DNA from: Halorhodospira halophila SL1
GTDB taxonomy: Bacteria > Pseudomonadota > Gammaproteobacteria > Nitrococcales > Halorhodospiraceae
DNA: 32,000 nucleotides
Reading direction: 5' to 3'
NCBI RefSeq assembly: GCF_000015585.1
Contig: NC_008789.1
Coordinates: 180,001 to 212,000 of the forward strand
Every line of letters starts with the position of its first letter. The first letter of the stretch is position 1. The position numbers were made by a program, and so were the translations under genes. This document shows positions 16,185 to 24,365 of the stretch, one piece after another. Below the pieces are notes generated by a model. The model was given only the letters and a program-made list of their open reading frames with translations, was not told the DNA's origin and ran no database searches.

Positions 16185-17807
16185 ATGCTCGCTAACTGGC
16201 CCGTGCGCTACAAGCTCGGTATCTCCTTCGGCCTCATCGTGATCCTGATGGGGACCAGCGGCCTGCTCTCTCACTGGGCCCTGCAGGACACCGCGAACGA
16301 GAACCGGGACGCCATGGCCTACATGGAGCAGTCCGCCATGCTGGTCGAGCGTGAGGTCGAGCACCTAAGCTGGACCAACGAGCTGGCGGACAGCTTTTTG
16401 CTCGAAGAGACCTTCACCGGGGAGCTGGACTTCACCTCATGCGCCTTCGGCGAGTGGTTCTACGACTACCAGGGGTCGGAGCACTACGAATCGGCCAGTG
16501 AGGCGTTGCGCGAGGCCGTCGACGGCCTCGAACAACCGCACATTGCGCTGCACGAGGTCGGCGAGCGGATCGTCGAGCTGCAGGAAGCCGGGCGTTTCGA
16601 CGAGGCCGAGGCCTTCTACCATGAAGAGGCACAGCCCATTCGGCGGGTATTCCAGGATCAGCTCGGCGAACTGCGCGAAATCCTCGAAGCCGAGCGCGAC
16701 CGCCACGCCAAGCAGGCGGCGGCGCAGCAGACCCAGGCGGCACAGATCACGGTGGGTAGCCTGGCGATCACCGTGCTCTTTGCCATCGGCCTGGCGGCGC
16801 TGGTGTCCCGTCACCTCACCGCCCGGCTGCGGAGTGCCGTCGATAGCCTGGAGGACATCGCCGCCGGGGATGGCGACCTGACCCGGCGTCTGGACGCCGA
16901 GGGCCGCGACGAGATCGCCGAGCTCAGCGCGGCCTATAACCGCTTCGTCGACAAGATCCACGAGATGGTGCGCGTCGTCCGCGACTCCGCCACCCAGATG
17001 GCCTCGGCCACGGAACAGCTGCAGCGCAGCGCCGAGGAGGATCAACAGGGGGTGCAGAACCAGCAAGAGCGGACCTCCGAGGTGGCCACGGCGATGAACG
17101 AGATGAGCGCCTCGATCAACGAGATCGCCCGGAACACCCAGGACACGGCGAACGCCGCCGGGGATGCCAGCCAGCAGTCCCGACAGGGTCAGGAGGGCGT
17201 CGGCCACACCATCGAGACCATCCACGACCTGGCGACCAATGTCCGTGACTCCGCCGAGGCCATCCGCGCCCTGGATGAGCAGAGCGCACGCATCGGACAG
17301 GTCCTTGAGGTCATCCGGGGGATCGCCGACCAGACCAACCTGCTCGCCCTCAACGCAGCCATCGAGGCGGCACGGGCTGGCGAGAGCGGACGCGGGTTCA
17401 CCGTAGTCGCCGAGGAGGTGCGCAAGCTCGCGCAGAAGACCCAGGACTCCATTGGCAGCATCCAGGAGATGGTCGAAGGCATCCAGAACGGCACCCAGCA
17501 GGCGGTGCAAGCTATGGAGCGCAACCGTCAGCAGGCCGAGGGGACCGTGGAAGAGGCCTCCGCCGCCGGGAACACCCTCCAGGAGATCACGCGCGTGGTG
17601 ACGCAGATCGAGGACATGACCAACCAGGTCGCCAGCGCGGTGGAACAGCAGTCCCAGGTGGCCGAAGAGGTCAATCGCAACCTGACGCTGATCAGCGATA
17701 CGGCCGAGCAAACGCGGAGTTCAGTGCAGGACACCGGCCAGGTCTCCCAGCGACTTGCCCAGCTGGCCGAGGACCTACGGGATCAGGTCGGGCGTTTCCG
17801 GGTGTGA
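16185..17807 (+). CDS. Methyl-accepting chemotaxis protein: TM1, CZB-like sensor region, TM2, HAMP, MCP signalling domain; 540 aa
   Basis: The highly conserved signalling hairpin [37 protein letters not shown] is present, with a HAMP-like segment after TM2 (residues about 187-208). The sensor region matches the CZB motif (H60..W63..C86xFGxW91..H119xxxH123). GGGGAGGA ribosome-binding site. Confidence 0.95.
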   Translation: MLANWPVRYKLGISFGLIVILMGTSGLLSHWALQDTANENRDAMAYMEQSAMLVEREVEHLSWTNELADSFLLEETFTGELDFTSCAFGEWFYDYQGSEHYESASEALREAVDGLEQPHIALHEVGERIVELQEAGRFDEAEAFYHEEAQPIRRVFQDQLGELREILEAERDRHAKQAAAQQTQAAQITVGSLAITVLFAIGLAALVSRHLTARLRSAVDSLEDIAAGDGDLTRRLDAEGRDEIAELSAAYNRFVDKIHEMVRVVRDSATQMASATEQLQRSAEEDQQGVQNQQERTSEVATAMNEMSASINEIARNTQDTANAAGDASQQSRQGQEGVGHTIETIHDLATNVRDSAEAIRALDEQSARIGQVLEVIRGIADQTNLLALNAAIEAARAGESGRGFTVVAEEVRKLAQKTQDSIGSIQEMVEGIQNGTQQAVQAMERNRQQAEGTVEEASAAGNTLQEITRVVTQIEDMTNQVASAVEQQSQVAEEVNRNLTLISDTAEQTRSSVQDTGQVSQRLAQLAEDLRDQVGRFRV

Positions 17808-17871
17808 ATCCACTCAGGCGTGCACACGGATCGGTTCACGGCGCTGCGCGCCGTGCCCGGCGCACCATCAA

Positions 17872-17906
17872 AAAGGGCCGGCCCCGCCACGCGGGACCGG
17901 CCCTTT
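17872..17906. terminator. Bidirectional intrinsic terminator between the MCP gene and slyD
   Basis: AAAGGGCCGG (17872-17881) pairs with CCGGCCCTTT (17897-17906), and an inner CCCGC/GCGGG pair extends the stem. An A5 run lies on the left, giving U5 on the minus-strand transcript. TTT lies on the right. Confidence 0.75.
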
Positions 17907-17912
17907 CAGCTT

Positions 17913-17931
17913 CCGGCCTGAATCAGGCCGG
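17913..17931 (-). terminator. Hairpin immediately downstream of the slyD stop
   Basis: CCGGCCTG (17913-17920) and CAGGCCGG (17924-17931) form a perfect 8-bp stem with a 3-nt loop. There is no adjacent U-tract, so it probably acts together with the 17872-17906 hairpin. Confidence 0.45.
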
Positions 17932-17936
17932 CGACG

Positions 17937-18410
17937 CTACGCGGCGTCGTTATGCGGATGCCCGTGCTCGAGCTCCTGCTCGGTGGCCTCACGAACGTCG
18001 ACGATCTTCACGTCGAAGTTCAGGGTCTCACCGGCCAGCGGGTGGTTCGCATCGACGGTGACTTCCTGCTCGCCGACCTCGGCCACGGTGATCGGGATGG
18101 GGCTACCATCCGGCCCCTGCGCCTGGAAACGCTCGCCGACGTTCAGCTCGGCCCCTTCCGGGAACGCCTCCTTCGGCACGCTCTGCATCAGCCGCTCGTC
18201 ACGCTCGCCGTAGGCTTCACCCGGCTCCAGGGTGACATTCAGCTCATCGCCGGGCGCCTTGCCATCCAGCGCCTTCTCCAGACCCGGGATAATGTTCTGG
18301 CTGCCGTGGAGATAGGCGAAGTTGCCACCCTGGGACTGGTCGATCACCTCGCCCTGACTCCCGGTCAGGGTGAAATCGAAAGTGACGACCTTTTCACTAG
18401 CTACCTGCAT
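17937..18410 (-). CDS. slyD: FKBP-type peptidyl-prolyl cis-trans isomerase, SlyD family (157 aa)
   Basis: VVTFDFTLTGSQGEVIDQS...FAYLHGSQNIIPGLEKALDGKAPGDELNVTLEPGEAYGERDE...VDANHPLAGETLNFDVKIVDVREATEQELEHGH shows the typical SlyD FKBP and insert-in-flap architecture. The His-containing tail is short. Confidence 0.9.
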   Translation of the reverse strand: MQVASEKVVTFDFTLTGSQGEVIDQSQGGNFAYLHGSQNIIPGLEKALDGKAPGDELNVTLEPGEAYGERDERLMQSVPKEAFPEGAELNVGERFQAQGPDGSPIPITVAEVGEQEVTVDANHPLAGETLNFDVKIVDVREATEQELEHGHPHNDAA

Positions 18411-18429
18411 CGTTAAGTACTCTCGCGCG

Positions 18430-19803
18430 TCATCGTGTCTCAGTCATGCTACCAGAGACCCCCCGCCCATGCCCAAGGATGGCGTCGTACACGGCGCGGG
18501 TCCGATCTTCGGCCTCCGCATCCGCGCCTTCCCAATCGCCGGGGCGAAGGAAGCTCTCGCCGGCAGAATAGCCGTTCCCCAGGCCCATGACCAGGGCAGC
18601 CTGGGTGGTCAGGGATGCGTCAGGATCACGCACCTCACCACTGTCGTAATCGAGGCTTGCCACCACCTCCCCTTCCGACAACTGGTGTGCCAGCGCACCC
18701 TCGATGAGGCGGTCGATGGCCCCTCCGATCTCCTCGCTCAGCCCGGGACGGCGACGTTCCAGGAAACGGCTGGTCCCCTCGTTCTCGCGCAGCAGGGCGA
18801 ACCCGCCGGTGAGGTGATGGACCCAGCGCCACTGGGCCTCGACATCGACATCCTCGCTGTCCGCCACCGCGTACCCATCTTCGAAGCGCACCCGGGCGGG
18901 CAGGCCCCAGGACTCAACGACCCCGTCCTCCCCCAGGACGGCCTCGACCAGGCGCGCGGCGCGCTCGAACAGCCGCTCGGCCTGGCGCTCATCTTCTTCA
19001 CCATCGCCGAATACGTAGAGGAGCTCATAGAGCCCCTTGTGGCCGCGGATCAGGGAGGCCAGGGCGTCGAGCTCCCAGACCGGCCCTTCCCCAAGGTCGT
19101 AGGTGCCGGACTCGGTATCCCAGGCGTCATCCAGGACCTCGGCAGCATCCCGGGCGACCGCGACCGCATCCTCCGGCTCGTGCCCGAACCATTCGCGCAT
19201 CTGCTCGGCACTGAGCAGGCCCATGTCCTCGGCCCCGCCCGGCTTGTCCCAGCGCACCCAGGCGTAGGCCACGCCGTGGAAGGCGTCGAGGCCGTAGGCC
19301 ATGCTCTGCGGGGTCCACGACTCCCGGTCGGCATCGGTGTGGAATCGCCCCCCCTCCTGGAGGGACTCCATGACGAAGCGCCCGTTGCCGACCAACAGCG
19401 CCGAGGGTGCGTGGGTCATCGGATCGAACAGGCCGTGATCCTCGAACCGGCCGGCGCTGTGGTGCATGTGGTAGAGGTAGGTGGCGTCGGCGTAGTGCCG
19501 GGGCTCGGCGCCACGCAGCCCCTCGCCCTCCTCCCGGTATCCCTCCAGCTCCTCCAGCAGGGCCAGCCAGCGGTTACCCACGGCGCCCATCGGCTCACCG
19601 CTGAGCGTCTCGTCGTAGGCCGTGTGGCCCATCTCGCTGTCGCGCATGGTGCGGCCTTTGACAGTCAGGGCATTCATGACGGCCAGATGCTCCGCCAGCG
19701 TCTCCGGGGCGTCGGCAGCAGGCGCGTCGGCACCGACCACCATGCTGCCCCCCAGGGTCATGGCCGCGACAGCCAGCAGATTCCTGTAGGTGGTTCGCAT
19801 CAT
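18430..19803 (-). CDS. Hypothetical secreted acidic protein (457 aa), function unknown
   Basis: N-terminal signal peptide (MMRTTYRNLLAVAAMTLGGSMVVGADAPA). The composition is strongly D/E-rich, unlike the shadow frames. Its ATG overlaps the stop of the upstream small gene (TGATG). I recognise no family. Confidence 0.75.
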   Translation of the reverse strand: MMRTTYRNLLAVAAMTLGGSMVVGADAPAADAPETLAEHLAVMNALTVKGRTMRDSEMGHTAYDETLSGEPMGAVGNRWLALLEELEGYREEGEGLRGAEPRHYADATYLYHMHHSAGRFEDHGLFDPMTHAPSALLVGNGRFVMESLQEGGRFHTDADRESWTPQSMAYGLDAFHGVAYAWVRWDKPGGAEDMGLLSAEQMREWFGHEPEDAVAVARDAAEVLDDAWDTESGTYDLGEGPVWELDALASLIRGHKGLYELLYVFGDGEEDERQAERLFERAARLVEAVLGEDGVVESWGLPARVRFEDGYAVADSEDVDVEAQWRWVHHLTGGFALLRENEGTSRFLERRRPGLSEEIGGAIDRLIEGALAHQLSEGEVVASLDYDSGEVRDPDASLTTQAALVMGLGNGYSAGESFLRPGDWEGADAEAEDRTRAVYDAILGHGRGVSGSMTETR

Positions 19804-20174
19804 CAGCTACTCATCGCCAAGTGCAGGAAGGGGACGGTCATGAAGGCGAGAATCACCGCCATCAAGAGAAAGTAGATCAGGAAGCGCAGCGGCTCCCGCA
19901 GGATGCGCTGGGTGACCGTCTCCAACTCGCCCCGCTGGCGCATCGCCTCGTACTCGGCCCGTACCCGTTCGAACCGCCGCCGCTGGTACTCGTCGAGCAG
20001 CCGCTTGGCCTGCGGGTACTGCTCCGTATCACGCAGCCAGATCCCGCCCTGGGTGATGCCCCAGCGATTGGGTGGCGTCTCGTAGTAGTCCAGGTGGTAC
20101 TGATCGAGGAGACTGCGCACCTCCTCAGCCTCGTCCTCGGGCACACCGCGCAGGTTGAGCAGGAGTTTTGCCAT
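19803..20174 (-). CDS. Small protein with a C-terminal TM helix (123 aa); resembles the family I recall as DUF6164
   Basis: MAKLLLNLRGVPEDEAEEVRSLLDQYHLDYYETPPNRWGITQGGIWLRD... followed by the hydrophobic tail FLIYFLLMAVILAFMTVPFL. Start at ATG 20174 with GGAGGAG upstream; the longer track ORF overlaps the HAD gene. The family assignment is from memory and was not searched. Confidence 0.7.
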   Translation of the reverse strand: MAKLLLNLRGVPEDEAEEVRSLLDQYHLDYYETPPNRWGITQGGIWLRDTEQYPQAKRLLDEYQRRRFERVRAEYEAMRQRGELETVTQRILREPLRFLIYFLLMAVILAFMTVPFLHLAMSS

Positions 20175-20223
20175 AGCTCCTCCGATTCTCCGAGACCCGG
20201 TGCCGCCAGGCAAGCGGCCCGAA

Positions 20224-20898
20224 TCAGACAGGCGGCAGGAGGCGCCGGATATCGCACAGCGACGCCACGGTCGCCGTGGGCTCCGGCCCCCAGGGGTCGA
20301 AGACCGCACCCGGGAGACGGCGTACCCAGATTGCCTTCCAGCCGCAGGCCCGGGCGCCGATCACGTCGAAGGGGTTCCCCGAAACCAACCAGGTCTCCTC
20401 CGCCCGGCTGCCGACCTCCGCGAGGAACGCATCGTAGGTCTGCGGACTGGGCTTGAACGCCTCCACCACCTCGACGCTGACGATGTCTTCAATGTAGGTG
20501 CGCAGGGCGTTGTCGCCCAGGAGCTTGCTGACCGCTTCACGGCTCCCGTTGGAGAACGCATAACTGGTGTAGCCCGCCTCGTGGAGTTCGCGCAAGGCCA
20601 GCTCGGCCTCTTGGTAGGCGGGCAGTCGCTGATAACTGCGCAGCAGGGCATCGCGCTCGTTGGCACTCAGACTCAGACCGAAGGACCGGGCCGTATGGTC
20701 GAGTGCATCCGCGATGCAGACCGCGAAGTCCGCGTACTCGCCCATGACCGTGCGCCGATAGGTATACTCCAGCTGCCGCTCGCGCCAGCTGCGTGCGAAG
20801 GCCAGCGCGCGATCCCCCAGGTGGGGGCGCAGCGCCTCGGTCACGCCGTGGGTGTCAATCAAGGTGCCGTAGACATCGAAGGCCAGCGTCGTCGCCAT
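20224..20898 (-). CDS. Haloacid dehalogenase type II (HAD superfamily hydrolase), 224 aa
   Basis: HAD motif I in the type II form (AFDVYGTLID), followed by ...YRRTVMGEYADF..., ...AFSNGS..., ...VEAFKPSPQTYD... and ...LVSGNPFDVIGARACGWKAIWV.... This layout is characteristic of L-2-haloacid dehalogenases. Confidence 0.85.
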   Translation of the reverse strand: MATTLAFDVYGTLIDTHGVTEALRPHLGDRALAFARSWRERQLEYTYRRTVMGEYADFAVCIADALDHTARSFGLSLSANERDALLRSYQRLPAYQEAELALRELHEAGYTSYAFSNGSREAVSKLLGDNALRTYIEDIVSVEVVEAFKPSPQTYDAFLAEVGSRAEETWLVSGNPFDVIGARACGWKAIWVRRLPGAVFDPWGPEPTATVASLCDIRRLLPPV

Positions 20899-21029
20899 AT
20901 CTATCGCTCGGATCCTCTGCCGGTGCGCCGGCTCCAGCGGAGCCCCTCAAACCTATGCGGGCACCTTAGCACTCCTGTCGCCCGAGGTGCGCGCTGCGCG
21001 CCGGGCTGGTCTCCTGAGCCCACCGAGCT

Positions 21030-21035
21030 TACAAT
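21030..21035 (+). promoter_or_regulatory. Candidate -10 hexamer TACAAT immediately upstream of tatD
   Basis: TACAAT at 21030-21035 is only 9 nt from the tatD ATG (21045). There is no Shine-Dalgarno sequence in between. The putative -35 (TGGTCT, 17-nt spacing) is weak. Confidence 0.3.
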
Positions 21036-21044
21036 CCCGCGGCT

Positions 21045-21860
21045 ATGGAATGGATCGATATCGGCGCCAACCTGACCCACCACACCTTTCGCAAGGATCT
21101 CCACCAGGTCCTCGAGCGTGCCGAGGCCGCGGGGGTCAGCCAGCTCTTCGTCACCGGGACCGATGAGAGCGAATCGGTCAAGGCGCAGGCCCTCGCCGCG
21201 CAGCACCCCGGCCGACTCTTCGCCACGGCCGGCTTCCATCCGCATATGGCGAAGACCTTCTCCAGCGACTCGGAGTCGGTCCTGCGCGATCTGGCCTCGC
21301 GGCCGGAGGTGGTCGCCATCGGCGAGACCGGACTCGATTTCTACCGTAACCACTCCCCGCCGGAGGTCCAGCAACGCGTCTTCGAACGCCACCTGGAACT
21401 GGCCGCGGAGCTCAAGCTGCCGGTCTTCCTGCACCAGCGCGATGCCCACCAGCGGTTCAGCGAGATCCTCCGCGCCTACCGCGACCACCTCGTGGACGGG
21501 GTTGCGCACTGTTTCACCGAGGGTCCCGAGATCGCTCAGGCGTACCTGGATCTGGGCCTGCACATCGGGGTGACCGGCTGGATCTGCGACGACCGGCGTG
21601 GCCAGGCCGTGCGGGACGCTGTGCGGGTGATCCCGCCGGAACGGCTGATGGTGGAGACCGACTGCCCCTACCTGCTCCCCCGCGACGTCAACCCCGAACA
21701 GGTCGGGCTGCCGGTCAAGAATCGACGCAACGAGCCGTGCCTGATGCCCCACATCGGGCGGGCGGTGGCCCACTATACCGGCCGCGATGTCACGGAACTC
21801 GCCGAGACCTCCAGCCGGGTGGCGCGCCGCTTCTTCCGCGTCGAGGCGCCCTCCCGCTAA
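21045..21860 (+). CDS. tatD: TatD-family metal-dependent deoxyribonuclease/hydrolase (271 aa)
   Basis: MEWIDIGANLTHHTF..., ...GFHPH..., ...AIGETGLDF..., ...LPVFLHQRDA..., ...HCFTEG..., ...VETDCPYL... are the conserved TatD metal-binding motifs. Confidence 0.92.
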   Translation: MEWIDIGANLTHHTFRKDLHQVLERAEAAGVSQLFVTGTDESESVKAQALAAQHPGRLFATAGFHPHMAKTFSSDSESVLRDLASRPEVVAIGETGLDFYRNHSPPEVQQRVFERHLELAAELKLPVFLHQRDAHQRFSEILRAYRDHLVDGVAHCFTEGPEIAQAYLDLGLHIGVTGWICDDRRGQAVRDAVRVIPPERLMVETDCPYLLPRDVNPEQVGLPVKNRRNEPCLMPHIGRAVAHYTGRDVTELAETSSRVARRFFRVEAPSR

Positions 21861-24328
21861 CCGGCCGCGCCGCGACCGGCGGCCGGCATGCCGCCCCAGT
21901 CTCCGCCCTCGGCCAAGCGGGCCTCCAGGGCGGCGGCCGGCGCCGGCGGGCTGAACAGATACCCCTGCACCTCGTCGCACCCGAGCTGGCGCAGCAGCTC
22001 CAGTTGCTCGGGCCGCTCCACCCCCTCGGCAATCGCCCGCAGCCCCAGACCCTGGGCCATATGGATGATGGCGCGGGTGATGACACAGTCTTCGGGCTCC
22101 TCCGGCACGCCGTGGATGAAGGACTGGTCGATCTTGATCTTGGCCAAGGGCAACCGCTTCAGGTAACCCAGATTGGAATAGCCGGTGCCGAAGTCGTCCA
22201 CGGCCAGCTGCAGTCCCCGGGACTGGAGTTCGGCGATGGCCGTGCGCACGTTCACGTCGTCCTCGAAGAAGAGGCTTTCGGTCATCTCCAGCTGCAGCGC
22301 CTCGGCAGGCAGCGAGCGACGCCCCAGCGCCCGCTGGATGACCGCCGGGAGACCCGTCCCGCGCAGCTGCGCCGCCGAGAGATTGATCGCCACCGGCACC
22401 TGCAGAACCCCGCGGCCCCGCCACTCCGCAGCCTGATCGCAAGCGCGCCCGATCACCCACTCACCGATGGCTCCAATCAACCCGCTCTCCTCGGCGACGG
22501 GGATGAACTCACCGGGCGAGATCCAGCCCCGATCCGGGTGGTGCCAGCGCAGCAGCGCTTCAACGCCGACCACCTGCCCGGTGCTCAGGGCAACCTGAGG
22601 CTGATACCACAACTCGAGCTCGTTACGTTGCTCCGCGTTGCGCAGCATCGCCTCCAGCTCGACGCGCTGGCGGACCTCACGATTCATCTCTTCGGTAAAG
22701 AACCGGTAGCGGTTGCCGCCCTCATCCTTGGCGCGGTGCATGGCGGTGTCGGCCGCGCGGACCATGCCGTCGGCGTCCGCCGCATCGCCGGGGTAGACGC
22801 TCAACCCCACGCTCGGTGTCACCGCAACCTCGCGGCCGTCGATCCGCAGTGGCTTGCGGAAGCGGTTGAGAACCCGCTGTACAAGCTGCGCCACCTGCTC
22901 CGTCGACTCCAAGTCGTGGAGCAGCATCAAGAACTCGTCGCCGCCGTGCCGCCCCACTTCATCCCCCGACCGCACCATTTCGCCCAGCCGCTCGGCCACC
23001 TGGCGCAGCAGCTGATCACCGGCATCGTGGCCGAGGCTGTCGTTGACGACCTTGAAACGGTCCAGGTCGACGAAGGCTACGGCGAAACGCTCACTGTCGC
23101 TGGCACGCCGAATGCCTTGGGCGACGCGCCCCAGCAGCCAGGAACGGTTGGGCAGCCCGGTGGTCAGATCGTGTTCGGCCAGATACTGCAGCTGCGCGGA
23201 GTGGTCCAGGGCAAAGCCCACGTCTTCGGCCAGCTCGACCAGCAACGACCGGATCTCCTCGCTGAAGAAACCCGCCTCCGGGGCGTAAACGGCCAGGGCG
23301 CCAACCGGCTCGCCGCCGTGACGCAGCGGAAAGGCGGCCACGGCACCGAACCCCGCCTGCGTCGCAGCCGCCCGCCACGGCGCGGCTTCCCGCGCCCCCA
23401 GGAAATCCTCGAAGACCACGGGCCGATCCTCGTTGATGGCGCGTCCTACCGGCCCCCGCCCCTCGGCACTGGCGGGATCGGCGCTGACCCGGATCGTTTC
23501 CAAATACGCCACCCCGGCCTGGTCGCCCTCCCAGGCCTGTGGCACGACTTGGCGGGTCTCGGCGTCGACCAGACCGATCCACGCCAGGCGCAGATCCGTG
23601 TGGCGGACCACGATGCGACACACCTCTTGGAACAGAGCCGAGCGCTCCGGCAGGCGCACGATCAACTGACTAGTGGCACTCAGCGCCGCGTAGAGCCGCA
23701 CCAGCTGCGAGACGCGCTGGTGCGCTCGGTTGAGCTCGGTTAGGTCGCGCACCAAGGCCAGCATCGACACGACCTGCCCGCCCGCGTCGAACTCCGGGAC
23801 CAGGCGCGCCTGGAGCGAGCAGGTTTGCCCGCGCACATCGGTGAACTCGAAACTGAGCGTCTCGGGTTGCCCGCAATCTCGGACCCGCTCGAGCAACGCC
23901 TGCCACTGTGGCGACGGCGGCGGATAGCCGACCTCCTCCTGGCAACGCCCGAGGGCTTCCCGCCGGTCGACCCCGGTAAGCGCCTCGAAAGCGGGGTTGA
24001 CGTAGAGATAACGCAGTTGGTTATCGAGGCGCACCAGCACGTCCGGGATATGCTCGGCCAGCGTCTCGAAGCTCCTGAACTGCCCGTGCAGATCCTCGCG
24101 CTCCCGGGCCGCCCGGGCCAGCCGTCTCAATAGCAGGTAGAGCAGCCCGGCTGTGACCAGGATGAAGGCCACCCCCTTGACCACCTGCCCCACCGGCAGC
24201 CACTCCGCGGGCAACCAGGCAATCAGCAACCCATCCGTGGCCAGGATCCAGAACAGGCCGAGGACGGCATAGGCGATCGACACCGCCAGGGGCAGCCAGC
24301 GCGGGTGGAATCGCCGCGTCCGGTCCAT
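21857..24328 (-). CDS. Membrane-anchored PAS-GAF-GGDEF-EAL c-di-GMP turnover protein (about 823 aa)
   Basis: Two N-terminal TM helices are followed by a PAS-like region (FETLAEHIPDVLVRLDNQLRYLYVNPAFEALTG) and a GAF-like region. The GGDEF motif is intact (GRHGGDEFLMLL), with RSGD five residues upstream (I-site spacing). The EAL motifs are intact (VGVEALLRW, DDFGTGYS). Start is either ATG 24328 (GAGGGGGG upstream, preferred) or ATG 24358. Confidence 0.93.
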   Translation of the reverse strand: MDRTRRFHPRWLPLAVSIAYAVLGLFWILATDGLLIAWLPAEWLPVGQVVKGVAFILVTAGLLYLLLRRLARAAREREDLHGQFRSFETLAEHIPDVLVRLDNQLRYLYVNPAFEALTGVDRREALGRCQEEVGYPPPSPQWQALLERVRDCGQPETLSFEFTDVRGQTCSLQARLVPEFDAGGQVVSMLALVRDLTELNRAHQRVSQLVRLYAALSATSQLIVRLPERSALFQEVCRIVVRHTDLRLAWIGLVDAETRQVVPQAWEGDQAGVAYLETIRVSADPASAEGRGPVGRAINEDRPVVFEDFLGAREAAPWRAAATQAGFGAVAAFPLRHGGEPVGALAVYAPEAGFFSEEIRSLLVELAEDVGFALDHSAQLQYLAEHDLTTGLPNRSWLLGRVAQGIRRASDSERFAVAFVDLDRFKVVNDSLGHDAGDQLLRQVAERLGEMVRSGDEVGRHGGDEFLMLLHDLESTEQVAQLVQRVLNRFRKPLRIDGREVAVTPSVGLSVYPGDAADADGMVRAADTAMHRAKDEGGNRYRFFTEEMNREVRQRVELEAMLRNAEQRNELELWYQPQVALSTGQVVGVEALLRWHHPDRGWISPGEFIPVAEESGLIGAIGEWVIGRACDQAAEWRGRGVLQVPVAINLSAAQLRGTGLPAVIQRALGRRSLPAEALQLEMTESLFFEDDVNVRTAIAELQSRGLQLAVDDFGTGYSNLGYLKRLPLAKIKIDQSFIHGVPEEPEDCVITRAIIHMAQGLGLRAIAEGVERPEQLELLRQLGCDEVQGYLFSPPAPAAALEARLAEGGDWGGMPAAGRGAAG

Positions 24329-24365
24329 CGACACCCCCCTCGCAAAGGCCGAAGCCATGAGCCGC

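Noticed and set aside
16437-17711. 424-aa minus-strand ORF opposite the MCP gene
   Set aside because: The plus-strand product contains the unmistakable MCP signalling hairpin. The antisense product is an L/G/V/D-rich mirror translation.
18370-19875. 501-aa plus-strand ORF opposite the unknown secreted protein
   Set aside because: Neither strand has a recognised family here, so the choice rests on other evidence. The minus-strand frame has a proper signal peptide, a realistic acidic composition and start/stop coupling with its neighbour. The plus-strand ORF would overlap the slyD start and the small TM gene, and it has a G/P/L/V/H-rich mirror-frame composition.
20899-21044. GC palindrome GCGCGCTGCGCGC and other short inverted repeats in the HAD/tatD divergent region
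   Set aside because: Short GC palindromes of this kind are expected by chance at this base composition. Nothing distinguishes it as a specific site.
21737-23743. 668-aa plus-strand ORF overlapping the tatD end and the GGDEF-EAL gene
   Set aside because: It is antisense to intact GGDEF and EAL motifs and has shadow-frame composition.
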